From assembly GCA_034520965.1 (NCBI GenBank), contig JAXHMY010000001.1, positions 288,001 to 352,000 of the forward strand: a stretch of 64,000 bases of DNA, written 5' to 3'. The position numbers and the translations under genes are program-made. The notes under the pieces are model-generated. The model saw only the letters and a list, made by a program, of their open reading frames with translations. It had not been told where the DNA came from and made no database searches. This stretch comes from Spirochaetia bacterium. Lineage in GTDB: Bacteria > Spirochaetota > Spirochaetia > DSM-16054 > Sediminispirochaetaceae. Shown piece after piece: positions 53,036-63,810 of this stretch (positions are counted from its first letter, which is position 1; the number at the start of each line of letters is the position of its first letter).

Positions 53036-53097
53036 CTATTCATAATTGTGAAGAATTTAGCTGCAAAAGTGACACAGAAACAACTGGTACTCGCCTT

Positions 53098-53655
53098 ATG
53101 AAGTATTTTGTAATACAGGTATTGACCCGGGAAGAACCAAAATACTTAACTTTAGCCCGAAATGCACTCCGGGTCGACTGTCCGGAATGGTTTGAGAACG
53201 GTCGTTTTTTATGGCCGCGGAGAAAACTAACCGTACGCAGGCGTGGCAAAACAAAGGAAGAACTGGCTCCGATATTTCCCGGCTACCTGTTTTATGAAGC
53301 AGAAGAGTTACCCACAGAGGGGTACTGGACACTAAAGCGTACCTCCGGTTTTATTCGGTTTTTGAAGAGTAATCAAAATATTGAGCCCCTGACCGGGGAT
53401 GATAAAGGCTTACTTCTGCACTTTCTGAGTTATGGAGAGATTGTAGATAAATCGACCGTCTCTTTTGATGAAAATAACCGGATAGTTGTACTTGATGGTC
53501 CGATGAAGGGGCTTGAGGGGCTCATAGTGAAGGTAAATAAACGCAAAAAACGGGCGAAGGTTAAACTTACATTATACGAACAGTCATTTTTAATTGATTT
53601 TGGATTTGAATTCCTAGAAAAGAAGAGCAAAGATGATCCGAGAAAAACAAAGTAA
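53098..53655 (+). CDS. NusG-paralog antiterminator (LoaP-like)
   Basis: YFVIQVLT, PIFPGYLF, KOW GPMKGLEGLIVKVNKRKKRAKV. Confidence 0.85.
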   Translation: MKYFVIQVLTREEPKYLTLARNALRVDCPEWFENGRFLWPRRKLTVRRRGKTKEELAPIFPGYLFYEAEELPTEGYWTLKRTSGFIRFLKSNQNIEPLTGDDKGLLLHFLSYGEIVDKSTVSFDENNRIVVLDGPMKGLEGLIVKVNKRKKRAKVKLTLYEQSFLIDFGFEFLEKKSKDDPRKTK

Positions 53656-55111
53656 TATTTACATTATAGGTGCAGGGTTTGCCGGCCATGAAATTGCCGC
53701 CGAAATAGGTTCCAAGGGAATCCTAGGAAAGGTAGTGGCTTTTATTGACGACGATCCTGACAAAATCGGCACTTCTATAAACGGAATTCCCGTATACGGG
53801 CCGATTTCATCAATACAATCAATTTTAGCCCATACACCTGCAGATGAGGCATTAATTGCAATTCCAGCTGCCGGTAGCGAACAGCTTCGCCGTATTTACA
53901 CCATTCTCCAGAATACCAAGCTGAATCGTATTCGTATTCTTCCTAAGCTCTCACAAATCATTGACGGGGATGCGCACCTTATCCAAACCCGCGAAATTAC
54001 CGCTCAGGATCTGTTAGGCCGCAACCAAATTTCAATTTGCCTCAAGGAGAGTCTCGATTATCTGCGTGGACGCCGGGTACTGATTACCGGAGCCGGCGGC
54101 AGTATCGGCAGTGAGTTAGCTCGACAACTCTTATCCGGCGGTGCCGAACGGCTGTATCTTTTCGATCATGGCGAAAACAGTGTGTATGAGATCGAAAAAG
54201 AGCTGCGAATACTTCAGGAAGAGGGAGTAGGTGAAAAAGCAACCATAGTCCCGATCATCGGAGAGATGCAGGACCCCCATTATATGAACTTCATCATCCG
54301 ACGGCTAAAGGCGGATGTAATCTTTCATTGTGCCGCATATAAACATGTGCCCCTACTGGAGGAAAACCCGATAGATGCAATTAAAAATAACGTGTTCGGT
54401 ACAAAGAATGTGGTTGAAGCGGCCAAAGCGAACAATGTCCCAAGATTTGTTTTGGTTTCAACCGACAAGGCAGTAAACCCAACCAGCATTTATGGAGCCT
54501 CAAAAAGTTTAGCCGAGGAAATAGTACTCGGAAGCAATGGTGGATATAGCGATTTTATCGTGGTCCGCTTCGGCAATGTACTCGGATCTCGAGGGAGTAT
54601 CGTCCCATTGTTTACAAAACAGATTCTTAAGGGCGGCCCGGTTACCATTACCCACCCCGAGGCCACCCGATTCTTTATGACCATTCCTGAGGCCTCTTCA
54701 TTGGTACTGAAAGCCGGAGGGGTAGTAGAAGGCGGCAATGTATATATTCTGGATATGGGAGAACCGCTGCTGATACGGGATTTAGCCGAACAGATGATCC
54801 GTTTTTACGGATTTACCCCGGAGGTTGAAATTCCAATCCGCTATATCGGTCTGCGGCCTGGAGAAAAGGTAAATGAGCGGCTATGGTCCGAGGGAGAACA
54901 TCTGCAGAGTACCGAGCATTCTGGAATCAACAAATTGGAAAGACTCCCCCGGTTTACAGAAAATATTAACACAGTGTTAGAAGAGCTTTACCCAATTTGC
55001 TTCTTTCATCCTGATACAGCCGGAGACTATAGGAATCGACTACTCTTAAGAGAGACGCTCCAGCGCTACCTTCCCACTATTCGAAAGGCTCAAAATGAAC
55101 CCATCTACTAA
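53633..55111 (+). CDS. Nucleotide-sugar 4,6-dehydratase (CapD/PglF-like, no TM domain)
   Basis: GAGGSIGSEL, HCAAYKHVP, STDKAVNP, VRFGNVLGSRGS. Confidence 0.92.
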   Translation: MIREKQSNIYIIGAGFAGHEIAAEIGSKGILGKVVAFIDDDPDKIGTSINGIPVYGPISSIQSILAHTPADEALIAIPAAGSEQLRRIYTILQNTKLNRIRILPKLSQIIDGDAHLIQTREITAQDLLGRNQISICLKESLDYLRGRRVLITGAGGSIGSELARQLLSGGAERLYLFDHGENSVYEIEKELRILQEEGVGEKATIVPIIGEMQDPHYMNFIIRRLKADVIFHCAAYKHVPLLEENPIDAIKNNVFGTKNVVEAAKANNVPRFVLVSTDKAVNPTSIYGASKSLAEEIVLGSNGGYSDFIVVRFGNVLGSRGSIVPLFTKQILKGGPVTITHPEATRFFMTIPEASSLVLKAGGVVEGGNVYILDMGEPLLIRDLAEQMIRFYGFTPEVEIPIRYIGLRPGEKVNERLWSEGEHLQSTEHSGINKLERLPRFTENINTVLEELYPICFFHPDTAGDYRNRLLLRETLQRYLPTIRKAQNEPIY

Positions 55112-56288
55112 CACACCAAAGTTTATCCCCTTTGCCCGCCCCTCAATCGGACTGGAAGAAGAGCAGGCGGTCTTGCAGGTACTGCGCAGCGGCTGGCTGA
55201 CAACCGCTGGACAAGCCCAGGCTTTCGAACAGGAGTTTGCCGAACTGACCGGAGCTCAGCACGCCCTCGCGGTAAACTCCGCTACCGCCGGCTTGCATCT
55301 GGCCCTTGAAGCAGTTGGTGTGAAGGCAGGGGATAAGGTAATTACCACTCCCTACACCTTTACCGCAACCGCAGAGGTTATTCGCTATCTCCAGGCTGAT
55401 CCGTTGTTCGTTGATATCGACGAAGCAAGTCTAACCATCGACACCCGCCAGACTGCAACCGCTGCCGCACACTCTAAGGTGGCGGCATTGCTTCCGGTGC
55501 ACATGGGAGGCCATCCCAGCGATATGGATTCTCTGCTAAAGATTGCCCATGAGAACTCTATTGCTCTGGTAGAAGATGCTGCCCACGCACTTCCAGTACC
55601 TTATGGAGATTCATTCTTAGGCTGCATAGGTGATGTAGGGGTGTTTTCTTTCTACGCAACAAAAACCATTACCACCGGTGAAGGCGGGATGGTTACCACA
55701 TCAAATTCCGAGATCGCCGACCGCATCAAAGTAATGCGTCTGCACGGTATCGACCGGGAAGTGTGGAAACGCTATACCGACCGCAGTACTTCATGGAAAT
55801 ACGATGTGGTAGCAGCCGGTTACAAGTACAATCTGCCGGACGTTGCAGCCGCCATTGGACGGGTACAGCTAAAACGAGCCTATGAGTTTTTAGAAAGAAG
55901 GCGCAGTATTGCAACACGCTATTTAGAAGCCTGGGCTGAGTATGATTTTCTTCAGCTGCCGTCAGCACCGGAACAGCACGCTTGGCATTTATTCGTCTTG
56001 AGAATTCAGCCGGAAAAGCTTACCATTGATCGTGATAAGTATATTGAACTGCTTCAGAGTAAGGGTATCGGAACTTCAGTACATTATATACCCCTACATA
56101 TTATGAGTTATTACGCCAAGCGATACGGTTTCTTCCCTGAAGATTTTCCGGTTTCCATGCGTGTGTATCGCACCGCTTTTAGTGTTCCAATCTATCCCGA
56201 CTTATCTGATGCGGAAGTAGAACGCATAATTGAGGCGGTCATTTCAATTGGAACTCAATATTATCGAAGGAGCAAGAGTGCTAAATAG
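55095..56288 (+). CDS. DegT/DnrJ/EryC1/StrS sugar aminotransferase
   Basis: NSATAGLH, EDAAHA, FSFYATKTITTGEGG. Confidence 0.93.
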   Translation: MNPSTNTPKFIPFARPSIGLEEEQAVLQVLRSGWLTTAGQAQAFEQEFAELTGAQHALAVNSATAGLHLALEAVGVKAGDKVITTPYTFTATAEVIRYLQADPLFVDIDEASLTIDTRQTATAAAHSKVAALLPVHMGGHPSDMDSLLKIAHENSIALVEDAAHALPVPYGDSFLGCIGDVGVFSFYATKTITTGEGGMVTTSNSEIADRIKVMRLHGIDREVWKRYTDRSTSWKYDVVAAGYKYNLPDVAAAIGRVQLKRAYEFLERRRSIATRYLEAWAEYDFLQLPSAPEQHAWHLFVLRIQPEKLTIDRDKYIELLQSKGIGTSVHYIPLHIMSYYAKRYGFFPEDFPVSMRVYRTAFSVPIYPDLSDAEVERIIEAVISIGTQYYRRSKSAK

Positions 56289-58344
56289 CCAGCGCTTTAT
56301 AGATGAGTTCACCAGCCGCGAAATGCTGCATCTGAAGATCGTACGTTCAGATATTCCACGGGGCAGGGTCTCTTCAATAGAAAGTACCGACTTACCGGAG
56401 GATATCCTCATCTTTGAGGCTAATGATATTGAGGGACTTAACCGGGTTGCGGTATTGGAAGAGGAGATGCCTCTGCTGAGTAACGGTAATATCGCCTATG
56501 AGGGCGAGCCGATTCTGCTTATCGCGGCCAAGGACCCGGCCTCGCTTGCTTTAGCCGAGCGACGGCTAAAAATTTCTTATGAAACTGATTTCTCTCTGCT
56601 TGCCTTTGAGCCCGCCTCTAAAGATCAAACCGTCGATACTGTTCGTTTGTCTCGGGGTAATCCTGCAAAGGAGTTTGAAGAAACAACCCAAATTGTGGAA
56701 GCTGAATATCGCACCTCAATCGAAAGCCATGTAAGTCGAGCCCCAAGCGGTGCATATGTAGAATTAAAAAATGGCCGTTTTACAGTGTATACAGCAACTC
56801 ACTGGCCTTTTCATGTACGCGCTACAATTGCAGAGGTGCTTGGTATTGATGAGAGTGAGATAAAAGTTGTGCAGACCAACCCCAGCCCTGCGTATGGAGA
56901 AAAGGTGGTATTTCCCTCTATCCTAGCCGCAATGGCCGCTCTAGTGTGTCAAAATACCGGAAAGCCGGCCCGTCTGATCTTATCTCCCAAAGAGGCTGAG
57001 AAATTTACCACCCGCAAGGCCCCGGTACATGTAAAAAGCACCTCAATTCTGAATGAAGCCGGTAGAATAATTGCCCACGATACACATATGCGCTTTGATG
57101 TAGGAGCATACCCACTTTTTACAAAAGAGCTGCTGCAGCGGGCGGTTATTACTTCGGGCAGTTACTACCAGGTGCCGAATGTCTCAATTACCGCAGAAGC
57201 AATTCAGACATCCGCCCCGCCAATGAATATCTATCGAGGGCTGGGTGTCTCGCAGAGTTTGTTCGCCACAGAGGTCCATTTCTCCCGTTTAGCAGAATTC
57301 TCTCAGCTCAACCCCGGTGACTGGAAAAAAAACCATACCAAGAGTAAACACATCATAACCGGTGCGCACCTTCCAAATATGCCCTTAGAAAAACTTGTAG
57401 ACACAGTTGTTGAACAGTCGGACTTTTACCGTAAACATTCAGCCTACGAACAGATCCGCAAGCGTCGTAACTCTGTCAAAGCTTCCCGTCGGTTTCTACG
57501 TGGCATCGGTATAGCTACCGGCTTCACCGGAAACGGATTCACTGATAAGCCCAGTACAGATAAGAACTGGGGTATTAACGCTACCCTTGATAAAAAGGAC
57601 CAGCTTACCATTGAGTGCGGAACCATGACCATTCCGGAAGCTATAAAAACCATCTGGAAACGTCGGGCCGGAGAAATTTTGGGAATCTCACCTGATTCAG
57701 TAAAAATATCCTCCGGCGACACCGACAATTTACCGGATTCCGGGCCGATGATGTTAGGTATGCCGGTTACTGTGTATACCAGTCTAGTTGACCGCTGCTG
57801 TAATTATATCCGCAAGCAGCGTTTTAATAAGCCGTTACCAATTGAAGTACGACGCAACATCCTGTCCGCTAGGCGGAGCACCTGGGACCCCTCCAATTTC
57901 ACCGGTGTACCCTTTCATAGTTTTTCCTGGGGTGCGGTGGTTGTAGAAGTACAACTTGACCCTCTGACCCTTGTACCGGAAGTACGAGGTGTGTGGGCTG
58001 CCTTCGATTGCGGACTTGTGTATAACACCCAATATGCAGTATCGATTGCAGAGGGAGGAATTTACGAGGCACTGGCCTGGACTATGGGAGAACAAAGGGT
58101 AAATCCCCGCTACTACCAAGATTACGTGATTGAGGGACAAGAAACCCCAAACCTTCGGCTGCCGCCGGTGTCGGTGGTGTTTGCAAATCGAGCTAAGGGA
58201 CTCCCCGGGGGAATAAATGAAATTGCTGAGTCATTAGTGCCGGCAGCCTTCGTAACAGCTTTAAGCCAAGCCACCGGTGTCTATTTTGACCGCATACCCC
58301 TTAACGCAGAAACAATTCAGAGTTATCTGGAGGAGCCCTCATGA
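56278..58344 (+). CDS. Xanthine dehydrogenase family large subunit, degenerate
   Basis: IVRSDIPRG, YEGEPI, YRGLG, GDTD, VEVQLDPLT, GGINE; GTG start after GGAG. Confidence 0.8.
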   Translation: MLNSQRFIDEFTSREMLHLKIVRSDIPRGRVSSIESTDLPEDILIFEANDIEGLNRVAVLEEEMPLLSNGNIAYEGEPILLIAAKDPASLALAERRLKISYETDFSLLAFEPASKDQTVDTVRLSRGNPAKEFEETTQIVEAEYRTSIESHVSRAPSGAYVELKNGRFTVYTATHWPFHVRATIAEVLGIDESEIKVVQTNPSPAYGEKVVFPSILAAMAALVCQNTGKPARLILSPKEAEKFTTRKAPVHVKSTSILNEAGRIIAHDTHMRFDVGAYPLFTKELLQRAVITSGSYYQVPNVSITAEAIQTSAPPMNIYRGLGVSQSLFATEVHFSRLAEFSQLNPGDWKKNHTKSKHIITGAHLPNMPLEKLVDTVVEQSDFYRKHSAYEQIRKRRNSVKASRRFLRGIGIATGFTGNGFTDKPSTDKNWGINATLDKKDQLTIECGTMTIPEAIKTIWKRRAGEILGISPDSVKISSGDTDNLPDSGPMMLGMPVTVYTSLVDRCCNYIRKQRFNKPLPIEVRRNILSARRSTWDPSNFTGVPFHSFSWGAVVVEVQLDPLTLVPEVRGVWAAFDCGLVYNTQYAVSIAEGGIYEALAWTMGEQRVNPRYYQDYVIEGQETPNLRLPPVSVVFANRAKGLPGGINEIAESLVPAAFVTALSQATGVYFDRIPLNAETIQSYLEEPS

Positions 58345-58820
58345 AAGTCAGTTTCACCCTGAATGGAAGAACTATTGATGCCGTAACCTCCACCTCGACC
58401 CGTTTAGTCGACTTCCTTCGCAAAGAGTTAGGACTTCAAAGCCTTCATCCCTCCTGCTACGACGGGCAGTGCGGCAATTGTGCAATACTCTTGGATGGGG
58501 AGATGGTCTACTCTTGTCTGCTGCCGGGCTTTGCAGTACAGGGAAGGTCGATAATCACCTATGAGGGGATCATCGACACCCTGGACTATAACGATATCAT
58601 TTCCGGTTTTCATGATGAGCAGACTTATCCCTGCACCTACTGTCTCCCGGCTAAAGTAGTTATTACTCAATCAATACTAGAGAGTACCCTCGATCCCAGC
58701 CAGCAGGAAGTATTGGAAGCCTTCTCAGGCACCTATTGTCCCTGCACCAATTTTAATAACTTGGCTCGCGGAGTTGTCCGAGCAGGCGAATATCGTCGGA
58801 GGCGTCTCCATGAGCGATAG
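58341..58820 (+). CDS. XDH-family [2Fe-2S] subunit
   Basis: CYDGQCGNC..SC and PCTYC..CPC. Confidence 0.88.
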   Translation: MKVSFTLNGRTIDAVTSTSTRLVDFLRKELGLQSLHPSCYDGQCGNCAILLDGEMVYSCLLPGFAVQGRSIITYEGIIDTLDYNDIISGFHDEQTYPCTYCLPAKVVITQSILESTLDPSQQEVLEAFSGTYCPCTNFNNLARGVVRAGEYRRRRLHER

Positions 58821-59679
58821 TAAGGTGTTTCAACCGACATCGATCAATGAACTGCTGCGGACCTATCAGGAGTATCCCAAGGCATTGATATTGGCGGGGT
58901 CCACTGCAATTGCCCGGGAACAGAAGGGTGATGGTCCTTTTGAGCTGCCGGATATGGTACTGCATATTAGTAGAATCCCGGAGCTCCAGCGTATAAGCCG
59001 TACAGAGCGCTATTTTGAAATAGGCTCATGTGTACCTATCAGCCGAATATTAAAGGTTGGGCAGCATGTTTTGCCGAAAGTGTTTACCCACGCCCTCCAC
59101 AATATTGCTCATCCTGCGGTTCGCAATATGGGTACTCTCGGCGGTAATTTGGGTCATCAACCGCGTCGACTCAACACCTTTGGTCCGTTAACGATTTTAG
59201 ATGCACGAGTAGAGCTGCGTAAGTCCGGCAGTAGCCGCTGGGTACAAGTTCCGCGCTTATTTACTAAAGCCGGAGAACCGGCCCTGGAAACAGGTGAGTT
59301 TATCAGCCGTATTCGAATTCCCTTTGTCGATTGGAACCTCCAGTTTTACCAGCGGATTGGCGATCCCTTTACAAAGCCAAAATCCTCTCTCACCTTTAGT
59401 GCTCTTACCGCTGTAGAAAAAGCAGAGATAACCGATTTTCGGGTTGCATTTACCTTCCTTGGCAGGTCAGTACTTCGCGACCGTGAGCTGGAAACTCTCA
59501 TTAGCGGCAAAAAGGTTCCCCTGAGTGAAAAAATCAGGTCTGAAGCCCGAAGTCTTTTCCGCAGCTCTTTAATGGATCTACCGGGGGAAGTGACTCTTTT
59601 TCAAAAACAGCGGGCTCTAAGGCTATTACAGTGGTACCTCAGCGCTCTGCATGAACCAACCTCGGAGTTATTCTATTAA
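58810..59679 (+). CDS. XDH-family FAD-binding subunit
   Basis: ILAGST, IAHPAVRNMGTLGGNL. Confidence 0.85.
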   Translation: MSDSKVFQPTSINELLRTYQEYPKALILAGSTAIAREQKGDGPFELPDMVLHISRIPELQRISRTERYFEIGSCVPISRILKVGQHVLPKVFTHALHNIAHPAVRNMGTLGGNLGHQPRRLNTFGPLTILDARVELRKSGSSRWVQVPRLFTKAGEPALETGEFISRIRIPFVDWNLQFYQRIGDPFTKPKSSLTFSALTAVEKAEITDFRVAFTFLGRSVLRDRELETLISGKKVPLSEKIRSEARSLFRSSLMDLPGEVTLFQKQRALRLLQWYLSALHEPTSELFY

Positions 59680-59730
59680 GGCTTTACAGGGAACTTAAGC
59701 TTTCGGTATATTTTGAACAAGGAGTCTTTC

Positions 59731-62700
59731 ATGCCCAATTTTGTCCATCTACATAACCACACCGACTACTCACTTCTGGACGGAGCCGCCAACATCGATA
59801 GGATGGTAAAAACTGCAGCCGATTTGGGTATGCAGCAATTGGCGATAACCGACCATGGCAACATGTTTGGTGTTTTAAAATTCTACAAAACCTGTAAAGC
59901 CTATGGCATCAAGCCGATAATTGGCTGCGAATTTTACATTGCCCCCGGATCACGGTACGATAAGAAGGGATCCGAGCAAAAGAACAAATATTTCCACCTG
60001 CTGGTAATTGCTCGAAACAAAGAGGGGTATAAAAACCTGATGCGGCTCTCAAGCCGTGCCTATACCGAAGGTTTTTACTATAAGCCGCGAATTGATAACG
60101 AGCTGCTGGAGACCTACTCTGAAGGACTCATCGGTGCCAGTGCCTGTCTGGCCGGGGAAATACCCCAACTCATTCTACAAGGGAACTACGAATCGGCAAT
60201 TGAAAAGGCTCATTACTATCAGGGCATATTTGGGGAAGGTAATTTTTATCTCGAACTACAGGATCACGGTATTCCAGAGCAAAAAGAGGTAAACCAGGAG
60301 CTTATCCGCATGTCCGAGGAAATCGGATTGCCCCTGATTGCCACCAACGACATCCACTATATTAAGCGTGAGGACGCCAACGCCCAGGATATACTCATTT
60401 GTATCGGCACCAACAAAAAGAAAGACCAAAGCGACCGTCTCAAGTTTGACTCGGATCAATTTTATCTGAAGAGCGAAGAAGAAATGAGCAGCTTGTTCAG
60501 CCACATACCGAAGGCGCTCGACAACACTGCTGCATTGGCCGATAAGTGTGACCTGGAAATTCCCCTGCCCGGCCCAATTCTTCCCCATTATGAGATACCC
60601 CCGGAGTTTGACACTCTCGAGGAGTACCTGCACCACATTACTCTGGAAGGTTTAAAGGAGCGTTACGGTGCGGTTACGGAGGAGCTGAGACTGCGGGCCG
60701 AGCATGAACTCGGCATCATTAACTCAATGGGTTTCCCCGGGTACTTTCTGATTGTCTGGGATTTTATCGATTTTGCACGTAGAAAGGACATACCCGTAGG
60801 TCCGGGACGTGGTTCCGGTGCCGGTTCGATAGTTGCATATGCACTCGGTATCACCAACATAGAACCTCTCAAATATAATCTCCTGTTCGAGCGCTTTCTC
60901 AACCCGGAAAGGGTTTCAATGCCTGACTTCGATATAGACTTCTGCTTTGAACGCCGGGGAGAAGTAATCGACTACGTCACTGAAAAATACGGGAAGGACA
61001 AGGTAGGTCAAATTATCACCTTTGGAACCCTAAAGGCAAAAGCGGTACTGCGGGATGTAGCCCGGGTGCTTGATATTCCTTTAGCGGAAACCAACCGGAT
61101 AGCCAAACTGGTACCCGGAGATCTGGGAATCACCATCGACAAAGCTCTCGAGGCCGAACCACGCCTCAAAGAAGTGGAGGAGCAGGGAGGTGCATACACA
61201 GAGCTCATACAGACCGCCCGAACCTTGGAGGGCCTCTCACGCCACGCCTCAACCCATGCTGCCGGAGTTGTAATCGGCCGTGAACCGCTCACCGAATACG
61301 TTCCCCTGTATGTTGAACCGCGTACCGGTGCAATTTCCACCCAGTATACTATGGATCAGCTTGAAGAGTGCGGCCTGGTAAAGATGGACTTTTTAGGACT
61401 GAAAACCCTCACTCTCATCAGAAATACCGAAAAGCTGATCCGCAGGCGTGGTATCGACTTTGATATCGAGAAAGTTCCCGAAACCGACAAAGCTACCTTT
61501 GACTTGTTAGGAGAAGGAAAAAGCACCAGTATTTTCCAGTTTGAAAGCAGCGGTATGCAGAATATCCTGCGTCAGGCAAAGCCGGAGACAATTGAAGACC
61601 TAATTGCATTAAACGCTCTGTACCGCCCAGGACCTATGCAGTATATTCCCCAGTTTGTGGCCAGTAAAAACGGGCAGCAGGCAATTCAGTATCCCGATAA
61701 GAGTCTTGAAGAAATCCTGAAACCGACCTACGGAGTTATCGTATACCAGGAGCAGGTAATGCAGGTAGCGCAAATTATCGGCGGCTTCTCCCTTGGAAAA
61801 GCAGATATTCTGCGGCGGGCAATGGGAAAGAAGAAACTTAAAGAGATGGAGAAGTTAAAGGTCGACTTCATCAACGGAGCGATTGAAAAGGGTCATAGTA
61901 AACAGCATGCAGAAGATATCTTTGAGATGTTAATACCCTTTTCACAGTACGGTTTCAACAAAAGTCATGCCGCAGCGTATTCGGTAATTGCCTACCATAC
62001 CGCGTATCTGAAGGCAAATTACCCGGCTGAGTTTATGGCCGCTAACCTCACCAACGAAATTAACAATCCTGATAAACTGTCCGTCTACATTACAGAAACC
62101 GCTGCAATGGGAATAGAAATTTTGCCGCCCGATATTAATTTATCTGACCACAATTTCTCCGTGAGCGACGGACGGGTTGTGTACGGCTTGGTAGGAATCA
62201 AAAATGTAGGCAAAGGTGCGGTTGAGGAGATACTCCGGGCCCGGAAAGCAGAGGGCCTTTACGAGAACTTTATCGATTTTCTCGGCAAGGTAGACCTGCG
62301 GGCGGTCAACCGCAAGGTAATTGAAACACTTATCCAATGCGGGGCCTTCGACAGCCTTGGTCATGCGCGGGCAACTCTGATGGAGAATCTGGACCAAGCC
62401 CTCGAATTTATTCAAAAGAAAAAAGAGCGGGAGCAGTTTGGGCAGACCTCTTTGTTCGAGGGTGCACAGCAGGAGGAGATGGAGCGCTTTGATTTTGAAG
62501 AGTTCGATGAATGGCCGACTCAGGAGCGGCTGCAGCAGGAAAAAGCACTGCTTGGTTTCTATGTTTCAGGACATCCCCTCGACACTTATAGAGAAACCTG
62601 GAAGAGAACAGTAAACATCAACCTCGGCCGTCCGGATCACTTTGTAGCGAACGCCAAATACTCGCTGCTGGGAATTGTCACTAGTGTCCGCTCTATTTTT

Positions 62701-63153
62701 ACCAAAAAGGGCAGGCCCATGGCATTTCTACAGATAGAAGATTACAACGGGACCATTGAGTTAGTGGTTTTCTCCGATCAATGGGAAGAGCACCGGGATG
62801 TGATTGAAGTCGACAGTATTTTAGCCTGCTCAGGACGGCTTGACCTCAGCCGGGGCGATCCAAAGTTTATCGTGGAAACTATTCTGCAGCCGAAAGATCT
62901 CAAGGAGTCTGAAACCAGGGAAATTCACATTCGCCTCGAACGAAATACGATCTCCGAGGAAGGGTTATACAATCTTCGCTCGTATCTTTTTGATCATAAA
63001 GGCACATGCCCCCTTTTCCTCCATCTGAACAATACAAACGGACAGCAGGAAACGATAATTAAAGCCTCCAGCCAAATAACCCTCTCTTCTGCACGAAATG
63101 TATTGGAAGAGTTGGGCAGGTATCCTACAATAGAAGATATCTGGACCGCCTAA
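59731..63153 (+). CDS. dnaE: DNA polymerase III alpha subunit
   Basis: FVHLHNHTDYSLLDG, GPGRGSGAGS, MPDFDIDF, YGFNKSH; SD AAGGAG; no intein-sized insertion. Confidence 0.97.
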   Translation: MPNFVHLHNHTDYSLLDGAANIDRMVKTAADLGMQQLAITDHGNMFGVLKFYKTCKAYGIKPIIGCEFYIAPGSRYDKKGSEQKNKYFHLLVIARNKEGYKNLMRLSSRAYTEGFYYKPRIDNELLETYSEGLIGASACLAGEIPQLILQGNYESAIEKAHYYQGIFGEGNFYLELQDHGIPEQKEVNQELIRMSEEIGLPLIATNDIHYIKREDANAQDILICIGTNKKKDQSDRLKFDSDQFYLKSEEEMSSLFSHIPKALDNTAALADKCDLEIPLPGPILPHYEIPPEFDTLEEYLHHITLEGLKERYGAVTEELRLRAEHELGIINSMGFPGYFLIVWDFIDFARRKDIPVGPGRGSGAGSIVAYALGITNIEPLKYNLLFERFLNPERVSMPDFDIDFCFERRGEVIDYVTEKYGKDKVGQIITFGTLKAKAVLRDVARVLDIPLAETNRIAKLVPGDLGITIDKALEAEPRLKEVEEQGGAYTELIQTARTLEGLSRHASTHAAGVVIGREPLTEYVPLYVEPRTGAISTQYTMDQLEECGLVKMDFLGLKTLTLIRNTEKLIRRRGIDFDIEKVPETDKATFDLLGEGKSTSIFQFESSGMQNILRQAKPETIEDLIALNALYRPGPMQYIPQFVASKNGQQAIQYPDKSLEEILKPTYGVIVYQEQVMQVAQIIGGFSLGKADILRRAMGKKKLKEMEKLKVDFINGAIEKGHSKQHAEDIFEMLIPFSQYGFNKSHAAAYSVIAYHTAYLKANYPAEFMAANLTNEINNPDKLSVYITETAAMGIEILPPDINLSDHNFSVSDGRVVYGLVGIKNVGKGAVEEILRARKAEGLYENFIDFLGKVDLRAVNRKVIETLIQCGAFDSLGHARATLMENLDQALEFIQKKKEREQFGQTSLFEGAQQEEMERFDFEEFDEWPTQERLQQEKALLGFYVSGHPLDTYRETWKRTVNINLGRPDHFVANAKYSLLGIVTSVRSIFTKKGRPMAFLQIEDYNGTIELVVFSDQWEEHRDVIEVDSILACSGRLDLSRGDPKFIVETILQPKDLKESETREIHIRLERNTISEEGLYNLRSYLFDHKGTCPLFLHLNNTNGQQETIIKASSQITLSSARNVLEELGRYPTIEDIWTA

Positions 63154-63197
63154 TTCCTGAGGGTCCCTAGTCCAACAGACACAAGGAAGGAAACATT

Positions 63198-63788
63198 ATG
63201 GTAACTATAGCTAAAGTTTTAAGCGGCATATTAAGCATCTACATGATTCTGATTTTTGTCAGAGTATTATTAACTTGGTTCAGCGGGGTATCATCCTACG
63301 GAAAGCCGTATGAGATAATTCGCTCGCTCACCGATCCTTATCTAAATTATTTTCGAAGATTTCGGTTTCTCCAGGTCGGCACAGTCGATTTCTCTCCAAT
63401 TGCAGGTCTATTGGTACTGGTTATCGGCATGAATATTCTCAATCGCCTGGCAATGTACGGTTCAATCTCCCTGGGAATTATCTTGGCAATTATACTCAGT
63501 GCCGTATGGTCAGCAGTATCATTTTTGATGACCCTGTTCATTGTCCTCATTGTCATCCGCTTCGTAGCCTCTCTTATGAGTGCTAATACGGTACATCCCT
63601 TCATTCGGACGATCGATCTACTAATTACCCCTCTGTTGAACTGGATTCACAACACCTTTTTTAAGCGCAGGTTCCTCACTCTGCAGACCGGTCTCGCCAT
63701 CAGTGGAGCCTCCCTCCTGTTAGCCTCCATTGCAGGCAACTATATCGTGTTTCACCTTGCCCGCTTCTTACAGTCACTCCCTTTCTAA
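63198..63788 (+). CDS. YggT family membrane protein
   Basis: VLLTWF..LTDPYL..DFSPI, duplicated domain. Confidence 0.88.
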   Translation: MVTIAKVLSGILSIYMILIFVRVLLTWFSGVSSYGKPYEIIRSLTDPYLNYFRRFRFLQVGTVDFSPIAGLLVLVIGMNILNRLAMYGSISLGIILAIILSAVWSAVSFLMTLFIVLIVIRFVASLMSANTVHPFIRTIDLLITPLLNWIHNTFFKRRFLTLQTGLAISGASLLLASIAGNYIVFHLARFLQSLPF

Positions 63789-63810
63789 TACGACAATTGG
63801 CTGCGGGCAT

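Noticed and set aside
55095..56288. DegT protein as an E1-type 3-dehydrase needing the Fe-S/FAD partner
   Set aside because: Active-site Lys is retained (SFYATK) and there is no Fe-S Cys motif
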